A stretch of DNA of 46,904 bases from Candidatus Woesearchaeota archaeon (GCA_964481185.1 CAYZSY010000002.1:1-46904), one strand, 5' to 3'. Counted from the stretch's first letter, positions 34,021-43,528 are shown. Numbers and translations are program-made. Notes: generated by a model not told the origin, from the sequence alone.

Positions 34021-35625
34021 ATGAACGAGAAACAGCCAGTTTATATTCTTCCTGAAAATGTCTCAAGAATACTTGGAAGAGATGCACAAAGAAACAACAT
34101 TCTTGCTGCGAAGGTTGTTGCGGATATTGTAAAAACTACACTTGGACCAAGAGGAATGGACAAGATGCTTGTTGATGCAACTGGGAACATAACTGTAACA
34201 AATGATGGGGTGACAATTCTTGAAGAAATGGAGATAGACCATCCTGCTGCAAAGATGATGGTTGAGATTGCAAAGACGCAGGAAAGTGAAGTTGGCGATG
34301 GAACAACAACTGCTGCAATGCTTGGGGGAGAGCTTCTGCAAAAAGCAGAGAGCCTTCTTGACAGAAAGATTCATCCAACAGTTATTGTAAAGGGATATAG
34401 ACTTGCTGCGGAAAAAGCAATTGAAATTCTAAATGAGATTGCCTTGCCTGTTGAGAACAAACAAATTTTGAAGCAGATTGCAATGACTGCAATGACTGGA
34501 AAAGGAGCAGAGGGTCACAAAGAAAAGCTAGCAGACATTATTGTAGGGGCAATAGAACAAATAGCGCAGGGAAGGGAAGTTAACCTTGAGAATATAAAAA
34601 TTCAGAAGATAAAAGGGAACGGGGCAGGAGACAGCGAGCTAATCTCCGGGATAGTAATAGACCAAGAGAGAGCAAATGCAGCAATGCCTTCAAAGATAGA
34701 AGATGCAAAGGTTTTGCTTATAGATGCTGCTCTTGAACTAAGGAATCCGGAGACAGAGGCAAAAATCTCTGTTTCAACTCCTGAGCAACTTGAGAGCTTT
34801 GTCATCTCTGAAGAAAAAAGACTAAAAGAGATGACTGATAATATAATAAGTTCTGGAGCAAATGTTATATTCTGCCAAAAAGGAATAGATGATGTTGCCC
34901 AATATTATCTTGCTAAAGCAGGAGTCCTTGCTGTGAGAAGGGTTCCAAGAAATGACCTTGAAAAAATTGCAAGAGCAACTTCAGGAACAATTGTTTCCAA
35001 TCTTGAAGATATATCAATAGAACAATTTGGAAGCGCAGAACTTGTTGAAGAGACAAGGAGCGGAGATGAATCTATGATTTATATAAGAGGATGCAAAAAT
35101 CCACTAGCTGTAACAATTGTAATAAGAGGAGGAACAACTCATTTTATTTGCGAACTTGAGAGGGCAATAAAAGATGGTTTGGGAGATGTAGCCTCTTCAA
35201 TCAGGAGCGGGAAAATTGTTGCAGGTGGCGGAGCTGTTGAGATGGAATTGTCAAAAAGACTTAGAATGTTTGCAAAGACTATTGGTGGAAGAGAGCAGCT
35301 GGCCATTGAAGTGTTTGCAAATGCGCTTGAATCTATACCCGAAGCACTTGCAGAAAATGCCGGAATGGATGCAATTGATGTTCTTACAGAGCTTAGAAAA
35401 TTACATGAAGCTGGAAAGGTAAATCACGGGCTTAATTTGCTTAATGATAATATAGAAGATAGTTCTATAGCCGGGATAATTGAGCCATTGAAAGTAAAAA
35501 CACAGGCAATTTCATCTGCAAGCGAATTTGCAATGATGATTCTTAGAATTGATGATATTCTAGTAAGCAAGTCTGACAAATCCGGAAAAATGAACATGTC
35601 TAATCCTTATGCTGGAATGGATTAA
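34021..35625 (+). CDS. ths: thermosome subunit (group II chaperonin)
   Basis: 534 aa. [31 protein letters not shown] and IEPLKVK blocks. Confidence 0.95.
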   Translation: MNEKQPVYILPENVSRILGRDAQRNNILAAKVVADIVKTTLGPRGMDKMLVDATGNITVTNDGVTILEEMEIDHPAAKMMVEIAKTQESEVGDGTTTAAMLGGELLQKAESLLDRKIHPTVIVKGYRLAAEKAIEILNEIALPVENKQILKQIAMTAMTGKGAEGHKEKLADIIVGAIEQIAQGREVNLENIKIQKIKGNGAGDSELISGIVIDQERANAAMPSKIEDAKVLLIDAALELRNPETEAKISVSTPEQLESFVISEEKRLKEMTDNIISSGANVIFCQKGIDDVAQYYLAKAGVLAVRRVPRNDLEKIARATSGTIVSNLEDISIEQFGSAELVEETRSGDESMIYIRGCKNPLAVTIVIRGGTTHFICELERAIKDGLGDVASSIRSGKIVAGGGAVEMELSKRLRMFAKTIGGREQLAIEVFANALESIPEALAENAGMDAIDVLTELRKLHEAGKVNHGLNLLNDNIEDSSIAGIIEPLKVKTQAISSASEFAMMILRIDDILVSKSDKSGKMNMSNPYAGMD

Positions 35626-35669
35626 TTATTATAAAACTTTATAAAACACCTTTATCTCTCAAAATATAT

Positions 35670-35740
35670 GCGCTCTTAGTTTAGTGGTAGAACGACTGGT
35701 TGCCAATCAGTAGATGGGGGTCCGATTCCCCCAGAGCGCA
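35670..35740 (+). tRNA. tRNA-Gly (anticodon GCC)
   Basis: Acceptor GCGCTCT/AGAGCGC, anticodon arm ACTGG-TTGCCAA-TCAGT, T arm GGGGG-TCCGATT-CCCCC, discriminator A. Confidence 0.9.
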
Positions 35741-35742
35741 CT

Positions 35743-35813
35743 GGCCCATTAGGCTAACGGTAGACCGGGTCGTTTACACCGACCATGCCGAGGTTCAATT
35801 CCTCGATGGGCCA
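35743..35813 (+). tRNA. tRNA-Val (anticodon UAC)
   Basis: Starts 2 nt after tRNA-Gly. Acceptor GGCCCAT/ATGGGCC, anticodon arm GGTCG-TTTACAC-CGACC, T arm CGAGG-TTCAATT-CCTCG. Confidence 0.9.
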
Positions 35814-35925
35814 TTCTTAAATAAAATCGCTGATTATATGCCTTATCTCTATATAAATTAACCAAAGAACTAGGATTGCAGCATCAATGGAAGGTATTGC
35901 TAAATCTCTCAATATTTGCGGAGAT

Positions 35926-35951
35926 AAAATCTTTCTATAAAGAAAGATTTT
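35926..35951 (+). promoter_or_regulatory. TATA box embedded in a 10-bp inverted repeat
   Basis: AAAATCTTTC-TATAAA-GAAAGATTTT. The TATAAA loop lies about 40 nt upstream of ATG 35981. Confidence 0.4.
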
Positions 35952-35980
35952 TAAGTGTCCATTAATGATATCTTTACAAG

Positions 35981-36244
35981 ATGGAAAAAATAATTACATC
36001 GGTAGATAAGGTTGTGGAAGAGTTATTTAGGCGAAGCCCTGAAAACGAGAGATGTCCACATATAAGAAAAGATTATCTTGGGGCGTATTGCTCAAAAAAC
36101 CTTAAAGAAGGAGAAAATATAGATAAAGAAAGAAGATACGTTTGCAGTGCATGTCCATTAGATATATGGTGTCTTAATAAAGAAAAATATTCAGATTGCA
36201 TGTTTTATCAGGGAGAACAGTTTATACAAGTTAGGTTAGTTTAA
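35981..36244 (+). CDS. Cys-rich hypothetical protein
   Basis: 87 aa with CPH...C....C.AC....C.....C spacing that suggests metal binding. Confidence 0.4.
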   Translation: MEKIITSVDKVVEELFRRSPENERCPHIRKDYLGAYCSKNLKEGENIDKERRYVCSACPLDIWCLNKEKYSDCMFYQGEQFIQVRLV

Positions 36245-36261
36245 ATCTAATTAGATTTAAA
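36240..36261. promoter_or_regulatory. 22-nt perfect palindrome carrying two opposed TATA-like boxes
   Basis: TTTAAATCTAA|TTAGATTTAAA. The right half is centred about 27 nt upstream of ATG 36285. The left half overlaps the stop of the upstream gene. Confidence 0.4.
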
Positions 36262-36284
36262 TACAGGCTCTTTTTAATAAATTT

Positions 36285-38099
36285 ATGAGCGAGAAAAAGC
36301 CGAAGAACCTTGTTGAACAAGGAAACATGACTCCGAAAAAATACGATGAGAACGGCAAAGTAGCAAATCCTGTTCTGGCTTCTGAACAACAGACAAAACA
36401 ACAGGCAGAGATTGAGAAGATAAAAGCCAAACTAGAGAGTTTTAAGAAGGAGATTCTAAAGAAATACAAGTTTACTATGGCAATAGGACTTTTGCCAATG
36501 GGTTCTTCTCCATTATTTGAGGAAGATGAAGGGCTGCCTAAAGAAGTTATTGATACAAAGCCTTTGCACATTTTAATGCTTATACCTGAAGAAAAATATA
36601 ATGAGATTCCAAAAATAAAGCCAGAAGTAATAAAAATTGTTAAAGAATTAAAGGAAAATCTCTGGGTTCATATTAAAACACCAGTTGATTTGTGGAATTA
36701 CGGGCTGGACAGCAAGTTTGAATTTATTGATGCAGTGTCTGCATGCCTGCCAGTTTATGATAACGGTTTTCTGGGAGCTCTTCGTGTAGCAAATATCCAT
36801 AAATCGCTTCTGCTTAGAAAATTTGAGAAATATGTTACATCTTATGTTATTGCTGGAAGCCTTGTCCGTGGAACTGCTGGCAAAGATTCAGATGTAGATG
36901 TTTTTGTTGTTATTGATGATACTGATGTAAAAAGAATGTCGAGTGCAGAGCTTCTTGATAAGTTAAGAGGCATATGCTATGATTATATCAGGGAAGCAAC
37001 TGCGCTTGCGGGTGTTAAAAACATTCTTAATTTACAAGTGTATTTATTGACTGACTTCTGGCAAAGCGTGAAAGATGCACATCCCGTAATGTTCACATTC
37101 ATAAGAGACGGAATTCCATTTTATGACAGAGGAACATTCCTTCCATGGAAATTCCTTTTGAAAAGAGGAAAGATAAAGCCAAGCCCTGAAGCAATTGACT
37201 TGTATATGAAGCAGGGAGAGCAAACAAAAGAGATTGTAAAGAGAAGGATGCTTGACACAATGATTGATATTTATTATGGAATTATAACTCCAACCCAAGC
37301 TATGATGATGCTTGCAGGGGAAGCTCCGCCTGTTCCAAAAGTGGTTGTTGAAGAAGTAAAGAAAACTCTTGTTGAGAGGGATAAAGTCATGTCTCTGACA
37401 GATTTGAAAATTCTTGAGAAAGCAGTCAATCTATTCAAGCAGTACGAATATGGGAAATTAAAAGAAATTTCTGGCAAAGAGCTGGATATGTTAATGGAAG
37501 AATGGAAGTCTTACAATGGGATGCTCAAAAAGATGAGGGAGAAGATAGAGAAAAAAATACATGAAAAAACAGCTTATGAAGTTTATGCAGATTTGTTCAA
37601 GACATTAAAGAGCATATTTGGTGATAAATCTGAAAGTGCTCTATTGAAAGAATTTGAAAGTAAATTAATCAAAAAAGGAAAAGTTGAGCCAAGATTTTCA
37701 AAAGTTATCAGGGAAATAGCAAACATAAAGAAAAGAGTCAAGTCAGGAAAAGTTGGATTGAAAGAAGTTGACAGCATGAAGAAAGATGCTATTGAACTCA
37801 TAAGGAGTCTCGTAGAATATGCACAGAGAGCAGAGCTTGTCTGCACGGAAAAAGGAACTCTAATGCAGGTTATTTATTCTGGGGGAAGAAAAGCAGAGCT
37901 TGTCTTGACAGGAAAAGATAATTTTCTTGTTGAAGGCAAGAGCATCAAAAGAATAGCTGGGGATAAACTTGTTGAGGTAAAGAAAGAAGAGCTTGATAAA
38001 GCGCTTATGGAAAACAAAGGAAAGCTAAGCACAGTTATTAATGGGGAGCTTTTCCACACTCTTGAAAAAATCCTTGGCAAGTTTGAGGTTGTTATCTAA
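36285..38099 (+). CDS. large nucleotidyltransferase-domain protein (Pol-beta/MNT-type NTase plus helical C-terminal region)
   Basis: 604 aa. GSLVRGTAGKDSDVDVFVVIDD is the GS..D.D NTase core. The downstream FLPWKFLLKRGKIKPSPEA...MMMLAGEAPPVPK block is shared with the 44729-45538 protein. Confidence 0.7.
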   Translation: MSEKKPKNLVEQGNMTPKKYDENGKVANPVLASEQQTKQQAEIEKIKAKLESFKKEILKKYKFTMAIGLLPMGSSPLFEEDEGLPKEVIDTKPLHILMLIPEEKYNEIPKIKPEVIKIVKELKENLWVHIKTPVDLWNYGLDSKFEFIDAVSACLPVYDNGFLGALRVANIHKSLLLRKFEKYVTSYVIAGSLVRGTAGKDSDVDVFVVIDDTDVKRMSSAELLDKLRGICYDYIREATALAGVKNILNLQVYLLTDFWQSVKDAHPVMFTFIRDGIPFYDRGTFLPWKFLLKRGKIKPSPEAIDLYMKQGEQTKEIVKRRMLDTMIDIYYGIITPTQAMMMLAGEAPPVPKVVVEEVKKTLVERDKVMSLTDLKILEKAVNLFKQYEYGKLKEISGKELDMLMEEWKSYNGMLKKMREKIEKKIHEKTAYEVYADLFKTLKSIFGDKSESALLKEFESKLIKKGKVEPRFSKVIREIANIKKRVKSGKVGLKEVDSMKKDAIELIRSLVEYAQRAELVCTEKGTLMQVIYSGGRKAELVLTGKDNFLVEGKSIKRIAGDKLVEVKKEELDKALMENKGKLSTVINGELFHTLEKILGKFEVVI

Positions 38100-38161
38100 A
38101 TAAACAACCTCAAGATTTAATCTGACAAAATAATTTTAAAGTCTATATTGATACTCTTACA

Positions 38162-38278
38162 ATGGAAATAAGACAAACAGGATTAGACGATATAAATAAC
38201 ATTCTTGAATTAGAGAATTTTGTCTGGGGAGAAGATTCAGCAACTTTGGAATCATTTGCAAAGAGAATTTCTTCTTGA
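38162..38278 (+). pseudogene. N-terminal fragment of a GNAT (RimI-like) acetyltransferase
   Basis: Hand-translated 38 aa: MEIRQTGLDDINNILELENFVWGEDSATLESFAKRISS, then stop. It resembles only the first beta-alpha unit of GNAT proteins, and no continuation appears in any frame. Confidence 0.35.
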
Positions 38279-38342
38279 GATTTTACCACCATATAAAGTT
38301 TTATAAGAGTAAATTTAAAAACACACATTTCTAAGCACGAAT

Positions 38343-38597
38343 ATGAAAGGAATAGTTGTTCAGTTCAGAAGAAGTCGCCATAGAATACACGAAAGACATT
38401 ATCTTTTAGACATTGGACTGGCAAAAAGAGAAGACGCTAAAAAATTGGTCGGAAAAGAAGTTCAATGGAAGAGCCCTGCCGGCAAGATAATAAAAGGAAA
38501 AATAAGCGATGCCCACGGAAATAAAGGGCTTGTAAGAGCGATTTTTGAGTCCGGATTACCGGGACAGGCAATAACTACAGAGATAGAGGTTAAATAA
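38343..38597 (+). CDS. rpl35ae: 50S ribosomal protein L35Ae
   Basis: 84 aa. GKEVQWKSPAGKIIKGKISDAHGNKGLVRAIFESGLPGQA matches the L35Ae pattern. Confidence 0.8.
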   Translation: MKGIVVQFRRSRHRIHERHYLLDIGLAKREDAKKLVGKEVQWKSPAGKIIKGKISDAHGNKGLVRAIFESGLPGQAITTEIEVK

Positions 38598-38598
38598 A

Positions 38599-38805
38599 AT
38601 GGAGAATAGGATTAAAATATCAAAAGAAGAGATAGAAAATATGGGGAGAGAGTGGCCAATAAATCTTGTTGCTAACCTCGATGATGGGGATTCAAAAGGA
38701 TTTTCTTCTTTCGGCCAAATGGACAGAAATCTTGTTGCGCCTTCTAATCTGTTATACAGAATATTTGTTGCTCCATATAGGGGAAATGTTGGGGGAGGAA
38801 GGTAA
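38599..38805 (+). CDS. hypothetical protein
   Basis: 68-aa ORF starting 1 nt after the L35Ae stop. No motif recognised. Confidence 0.4.
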   Translation: MENRIKISKEEIENMGREWPINLVANLDDGDSKGFSSFGQMDRNLVAPSNLLYRIFVAPYRGNVGGGR

Positions 38806-38806
38806 A

Positions 38807-39136
38807 ATGGTGGCAAGGAATAAAAAAGAAAGTGTGAGGCGCAAGAATGGCGAGAAAGTTTTGAGAGAGGTTGCTATACTATCAAGAAATATTCATTTGC
38901 ATTTTATTGACAATATTGATAGAGAACCAAAACTTGAAAGAAGAATTTTATACGACTTGCCAAGAAATGGAGAGTACGATTTGTACATTAGATACCTTGG
39001 TGACAGGGGACCAGTTAGGGCAAGCGGGCTAAATTATATCGGGCTGGCGAAAAAAATTGTTGAGAATCTTGCTTTTCCATTAAACGAGGCGATGAGAATA
39101 ATTGTTATGCCTCAGAAGAAGAGAGGAGCTTATTAA
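38807..39136 (+). CDS. hypothetical protein
   Basis: ATG at 38807 is preceded by the SD GGGAGGAAGG and lies 1 nt after the previous stop. The track's longer ORF from 38666 overlaps the previous gene out of frame. Confidence 0.45.
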   Translation: MVARNKKESVRRKNGEKVLREVAILSRNIHLHFIDNIDREPKLERRILYDLPRNGEYDLYIRYLGDRGPVRASGLNYIGLAKKIVENLAFPLNEAMRIIVMPQKKRGAY

Positions 39137-39137
39137 A

Positions 39138-39674
39138 ATGGCCATACGAAAAGCAGCATCGTATTCAAAAAAATATGCAAGACCTTTTACAAGAAATTCG
39201 AGAAGAAAAAACAAGGCATATATAAAAACAATACCTCATGTAAAAGTCGCCAAATTTAGCATAGGAAATCTAAAGGATTATAGAGAAGGAAAGCACAAGT
39301 TTGTGGTGAGACTTGTATCTGAAGAACCAGTACAGATAAGGGATAATGCGCTTGAGGCAGGAAGAATGCATGTCCACAAGATACTTGACAAGAAAATCCC
39401 GGGGGAATATTTCTTTGCAGTAAAGGTTCATCCACATCATTTCTTAAGAAATAATAAAACTTCTGGAGTTGCAGGAGCGGATAGATTGTCAACAGGAATG
39501 AGCCATTCTTTTGGTATAATAGAAGGAAGAGCGGCTCTTGTTCCTAAGAACAAAGACATATTTTTTATCACATGCAAAGACGAAAAGGAAGCAAGAATAA
39601 TCAGAGAGGCTGTTGAAAGCGTAAAAGCAAAAATGCCCTGCGCTGCAAAAGTTATGTTTGAGCAGATTAAATGA
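39138..39674 (+). CDS. rpl10e: 50S ribosomal protein L10e (uL16)
   Basis: ATG at 39138 (MAIRKAASYSKKYARPFTR). RMHVHK and HPHHFLRNNK.. blocks are typical of L10e/L16. Confidence 0.85.
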   Translation: MAIRKAASYSKKYARPFTRNSRRKNKAYIKTIPHVKVAKFSIGNLKDYREGKHKFVVRLVSEEPVQIRDNALEAGRMHVHKILDKKIPGEYFFAVKVHPHHFLRNNKTSGVAGADRLSTGMSHSFGIIEGRAALVPKNKDIFFITCKDEKEARIIREAVESVKAKMPCAAKVMFEQIK

Positions 39675-40843
39675 GTATGAAATATTTTTTTGTTCTCGGA
39701 AGAAATCCAGAGTTATCTAGAGCAGAGGTATTCTCGTATCTAAAAAAGGAAAATATCTCTTTAAATTATAGTTTTTTTAGAGTTAATGGTTTGCTGGTTG
39801 AAATTGAGAGAGAGATTAATCTGAAAAATGTTATCAATGAACTTGGCGGGACAATTGCTGTTGGAAGGGTTTTGTTCTCTGGGAAGATAAGGGATTTATT
39901 AAAGCAAATAAAAGAAAAACCAGTTTATTTTGGAAGGGAAAATAAAGTTGTTTATTCTCTATTAAATTTTGCTTCTGATGAAAATCTCTCAATGGTTCTT
40001 GAAGCGATGAGAGGGAATTTTAGGAATGAAGGATTAAAGGCAAGATATAAGGGTGTTAGCGGAACAATAAAACTGCAGGATGGAGAGATCTCTCGGGGAA
40101 GCCCTGAAAAAATTATGCTTCGCGACATGAATTATTTCTTGTTTTCTGATGAAAAAAGAGGAAATTTTAGTTTCGGGTTCCTTGAAGAGAGCTATGACAG
40201 TGCTGAAGCTGAAAAAAGAGATATGAAAAAACCATACAGAAGAGAGAGCCTTGCAATATCTCCAAGACTTGCAAGAATTCTAATTAATCTCTCGCAAACA
40301 AAGAAAAATGAGATTCTGCTCGACCCATTCTGCGGAATTGGTGTTATTTTGGGAGAGGCTTTGCTTAAAGGAATTAACACAATTGGAGTTGACATAGATA
40401 AAAGCGCGACTGAAAATGCAAGAAAAAATATGGATTGGTTCAGGGAGAAGTATAAAATAGATGCAAGGCCAATTATTATAAATAAAGACTCTATAAATGT
40501 AAGAATAGATAAGGCAGACGGAATTGCAACAGAACCATTTCTTGGAGAATTAATGACAAAGATGCCAAGCAAAGAAAAAGCAATGCAGATTATTTTTGAA
40601 TTTGAGCATTTAATAATTGGGGTTTTAAATAATGTTAAGAAAGGAATGAAGAAAAATGCAAAATTGGCTTTTAGTTCTCCTTTGATAAAATCCCAAGAAG
40701 GCAGAATTTCGTGCAATATAAATAGAATATGCGAGGAAACCGGTCTCGGTATCTATAATCTCTCGGATGTTAATTTTCCTATAAGAGAATTCCGCCCAGA
40801 TCAGATTGTAGGAAGAAATATATTCGTGCTTGAAGTTGTATAA
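39671..40843 (+). CDS. RNA (guanine-N2) methyltransferase, Trm11/Trm14-like
   Basis: 390 aa. N-terminal THUMP-like region and class I SAM motif LDPFCGIGVILGEA. Catalytic-loop position ATEPFLG replaces the usual (D/N)PPY. Confidence 0.55.
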   Translation: MSMKYFFVLGRNPELSRAEVFSYLKKENISLNYSFFRVNGLLVEIEREINLKNVINELGGTIAVGRVLFSGKIRDLLKQIKEKPVYFGRENKVVYSLLNFASDENLSMVLEAMRGNFRNEGLKARYKGVSGTIKLQDGEISRGSPEKIMLRDMNYFLFSDEKRGNFSFGFLEESYDSAEAEKRDMKKPYRRESLAISPRLARILINLSQTKKNEILLDPFCGIGVILGEALLKGINTIGVDIDKSATENARKNMDWFREKYKIDARPIIINKDSINVRIDKADGIATEPFLGELMTKMPSKEKAMQIIFEFEHLIIGVLNNVKKGMKKNAKLAFSSPLIKSQEGRISCNINRICEETGLGIYNLSDVNFPIREFRPDQIVGRNIFVLEVV

Positions 40844-40892
40844 TTGCATTGATTAAAGCAATCTTTATTAACTATGGTTGTTGATTATTAAA

Positions 40893-43481
40893 ATGGGTGG
40901 AAAAGAGGGAAATAAGAAAGAGACAACTGGAAAATTTGTAAGATGGTTTTCTGAACTAAGCAATAAAGACGTTGCAATTGCAGGAGGAAAAGGGGCTTCG
41001 CTTGCAGAGATGTACAATACAAAATTTCCAATCCCTCCAGGATTTATAATTACTGCCCAATCTTATTCATATTTTATGGAGAACTCTGGATTGCTTGAAG
41101 AAATAAAAGACAAACTTTCTGGAATTGATATTGAAGATACAGAAAATCTTGAAAATGTGTCCAATGATATAAGGGAGATTATCTCAAAAGCAGAAATGCC
41201 ATTGGAAATGGAAAGTGAGATTATTGATGCTTACGATGTCCTCGATGTCAACAAAGCTGCACTTGCTGGAGCAACACAAACAGTACTTGGAATATTAAAC
41301 CGCTCGAGAGAGCCGCCTTTTGTTGCTGTAAGGAGCTCTGCAACAACAGAAGATTTAGCTGACGCAAGTTTTGCAGGGCAGCAAGAGAGTTTTATTAATG
41401 TGAAGGGAAAGTATGCACTTATAGAAAAAGTAAAGGAATGTTTTGCATCTTTATTTACTGCAAGAGCCATTTATTACAGGGAAAAGAAGGGATTTGGGCA
41501 GGAAAAAGCACAGCTTGCGGTTGTTGTGCAAAAAATGGTAGATGCGGATAAATCAGGAGTAATTTTCTCTAGGAATCCAATAACAATGGAAGATACAATA
41601 ATGATAGAAGCTGTCTGGGGACTTGGAGAGGGAATCGTTTCTGGAAGAATAAAGCCAGATAATTATATTATTGACGGAAATGTTGAGAATTTCAAAGTTT
41701 TAGAGACAAAGATTGCAGAGAAGAAAGTTGCAATTGTAAGAGACTCTTCAGGAGAAAACAAAGTCGTTAAACTTACAAAAGAGAGAGCGAACCAGCAGGT
41801 TTTATCTAATTATGAACTGAAAATATATTCTATATATGCAAAGCAACTTGAAGAACATTACAAGAAGCCGCAGGATATTGAATTTGCTATCTCTGGAAGG
41901 GATTTTTATATTGTGCAGTCGAGGCCAATAACAACTCTAAGCGAGAAAAAGAAAGCAAACAGAGAACTTGGCGGAGAAGTTATATTGTCTGGGCTTGGTG
42001 CTTCTCCTGGAATAAACTCTGGAAAAGTAAAAATTGTTTATTCTCTTGATGACCTAAAGAAGATTCAGAAAGGAGATGTTCTTGTCACAAAAATGACAAA
42101 TCCTGACATGGTTGTGACAATGCAGAGAGCTGCTGCAATAGTAACTGATGAAGGGGGTATTACTTCACATGCAAGTATTGTTTCAAGAGAGATGGGTATT
42201 CCTGCTGTTGTAGGAACTGGGAACGCTACAAAATCTCTTAAAGATGAAGAAATTGTAACCGTAGATGGAGACAGCGGAAAGGTTTATGCAGGGCAGGGAG
42301 AGACAAAAATCTCCAAAGTTGAGCCGATTGTTCAAACAAAGACAAAAATAAAAGTAATTGTTGATTTGCCAGATTTTGCAGAGAGAGCTACTCTTTCTGG
42401 TGCAAAAGAGGTTGGGCTTACAAGAATTGAAGGAATAATTGCTGAATCTGGAAAGCATCCTCTTTATTTTGTCAAGAATAAAGCAATGAAAGAGTATGAA
42501 GAGTTAATTTATAATGGAATCAGAAAAATTGCAGAGCATTTTGAAGGAGCGTGGATAAGAAGCTCTGACATAAGAAGCGACGAATACAGGAATCTTGAAG
42601 GAGCGCCAAAAATTGTTGAAGGAAATCCGATGCTTGGAGATCACGGAATAAGATTTGGTCTTGAGCACAAAGAAATTTTAAGGGCAGAGATAGAAGCAAT
42701 AGTAAAAGTAGCAAAAGATTTTCCAGACAAGAAGATAGGGTTAATGATGCCTCAGATTATCAGCGTTACCGAGCTTAAAGAAACCAAAAAGATAGCATCT
42801 GAAGTTGGCTATCCTGATAATTTCCTTATTGGGATAATGGTAGAAACTCCTGCAGCTGTCCAGATAATAAATGACTTGTGCATTGAGGGAATTTCGTTTA
42901 TCAGTTTTGGTACAAATGATTTAACACAATATATTCTTGCGATAGACAGGAACAATTCTGAAGTGCAGTATATCTATGATGAGATGAATCCTGCAGTATT
43001 ATCAGCATTGAGTTATGTGATAAGGAGATGCAAAAAGTATGGTGTTGAGACAAGCATATGCGGGCAGTCAGGAAGCAAAGATGATATGGTAAGATTTTTG
43101 GTTTCTGAAGGCATATCTTCAATATCTGTAAATGCAGATGCCGCAGAGAGAGTAAGCAAGCTTGTTGCAGAGCTTGAAGCAGGCAAATGGGGCGAGAAGC
43201 CAAAAGAAGATGAAAATGAGAAGAGAAAAGAACAAGCAAAGAAAGAGGAAATAAGAAAAGAGGATAATAAAGAAGAGATAGTTGAAGGAGAGGAAGATAA
43301 GAATGAAGAGAATAATAGTGATGTTGCTGAAGAGGAAGTAGAAGACGAATATAGCCCTGGAGATAGTAAAAAAGACAACGATATTCCACAATTAAATGAC
43401 GCCATCCCTATAGATTCAAGCTTATTTGAAGAGAGAGAAAAAGAAGAATTTAATCTTGAGAAAGAGCTGAAAAAGCTATAG
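40893..43481 (+). CDS. ppsA: phosphoenolpyruvate synthase with ~100-aa acidic C-terminal tail
   Basis: ATG at 40893 lies about 25 nt after TATA (the track's TTG at 40878). N-terminal ATP-grasp region (GGKGASLAEM), phospho-His domain GGITSHASIVSREMGIPAVVG, C-terminal PEP-utilising barrel (FISFGTNDLTQY), then an E/K/D-rich tail from about 43186. Confidence 0.9.
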   Translation: MGGKEGNKKETTGKFVRWFSELSNKDVAIAGGKGASLAEMYNTKFPIPPGFIITAQSYSYFMENSGLLEEIKDKLSGIDIEDTENLENVSNDIREIISKAEMPLEMESEIIDAYDVLDVNKAALAGATQTVLGILNRSREPPFVAVRSSATTEDLADASFAGQQESFINVKGKYALIEKVKECFASLFTARAIYYREKKGFGQEKAQLAVVVQKMVDADKSGVIFSRNPITMEDTIMIEAVWGLGEGIVSGRIKPDNYIIDGNVENFKVLETKIAEKKVAIVRDSSGENKVVKLTKERANQQVLSNYELKIYSIYAKQLEEHYKKPQDIEFAISGRDFYIVQSRPITTLSEKKKANRELGGEVILSGLGASPGINSGKVKIVYSLDDLKKIQKGDVLVTKMTNPDMVVTMQRAAAIVTDEGGITSHASIVSREMGIPAVVGTGNATKSLKDEEIVTVDGDSGKVYAGQGETKISKVEPIVQTKTKIKVIVDLPDFAERATLSGAKEVGLTRIEGIIAESGKHPLYFVKNKAMKEYEELIYNGIRKIAEHFEGAWIRSSDIRSDEYRNLEGAPKIVEGNPMLGDHGIRFGLEHKEILRAEIEAIVKVAKDFPDKKIGLMMPQIISVTELKETKKIASEVGYPDNFLIGIMVETPAAVQIINDLCIEGISFISFGTNDLTQYILAIDRNNSEVQYIYDEMNPAVLSALSYVIRRCKKYGVETSICGQSGSKDDMVRFLVSEGISSISVNADAAERVSKLVAELEAGKWGEKPKEDENEKRKEQAKKEEIRKEDNKEEIVEGEEDKNEENNSDVAEEEVEDEYSPGDSKKDNDIPQLNDAIPIDSSLFEEREKEEFNLEKELKKL

Positions 43482-43528
43482 ATTTAATAGAAAATTGTTA
43501 CTACCCTTAAGTTACTATATTAAAAAGG

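Noticed and set aside
38599-39136. Possible frameshifted single gene (ORFs 38599-38805 and 38666-39136 overlap in different frames)
   Set aside because: The second ORF has an internal ATG at 38807 preceded by GGGAGGAAGG and lies 1 nt after the first stop. That is normal operon coupling. The overlapping N-terminal part (MLLTSMMGIQ...) is better explained as a non-coding extension.
40192-40716. 174-aa ORF on the minus strand inside the Trm11/Trm14-like methyltransferase gene
   Set aside because: It is antisense to a gene with clear SAM-methyltransferase motifs. Its sequence is a hydrophobic low-complexity mirror of a Lys/Glu-rich sense frame (F/L/I/S-rich), and it has no promoter or SD. It is a typical shadow ORF.
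42901-43405. Three overlapping minus-strand ORFs (90-162 aa) under the 3' end of ppsA
   Set aside because: They lie antisense to the GA-rich acidic tail. The purine-rich repeat lacks stop codons in several frames, and the translations are Leu/Ser/Phe low complexity.
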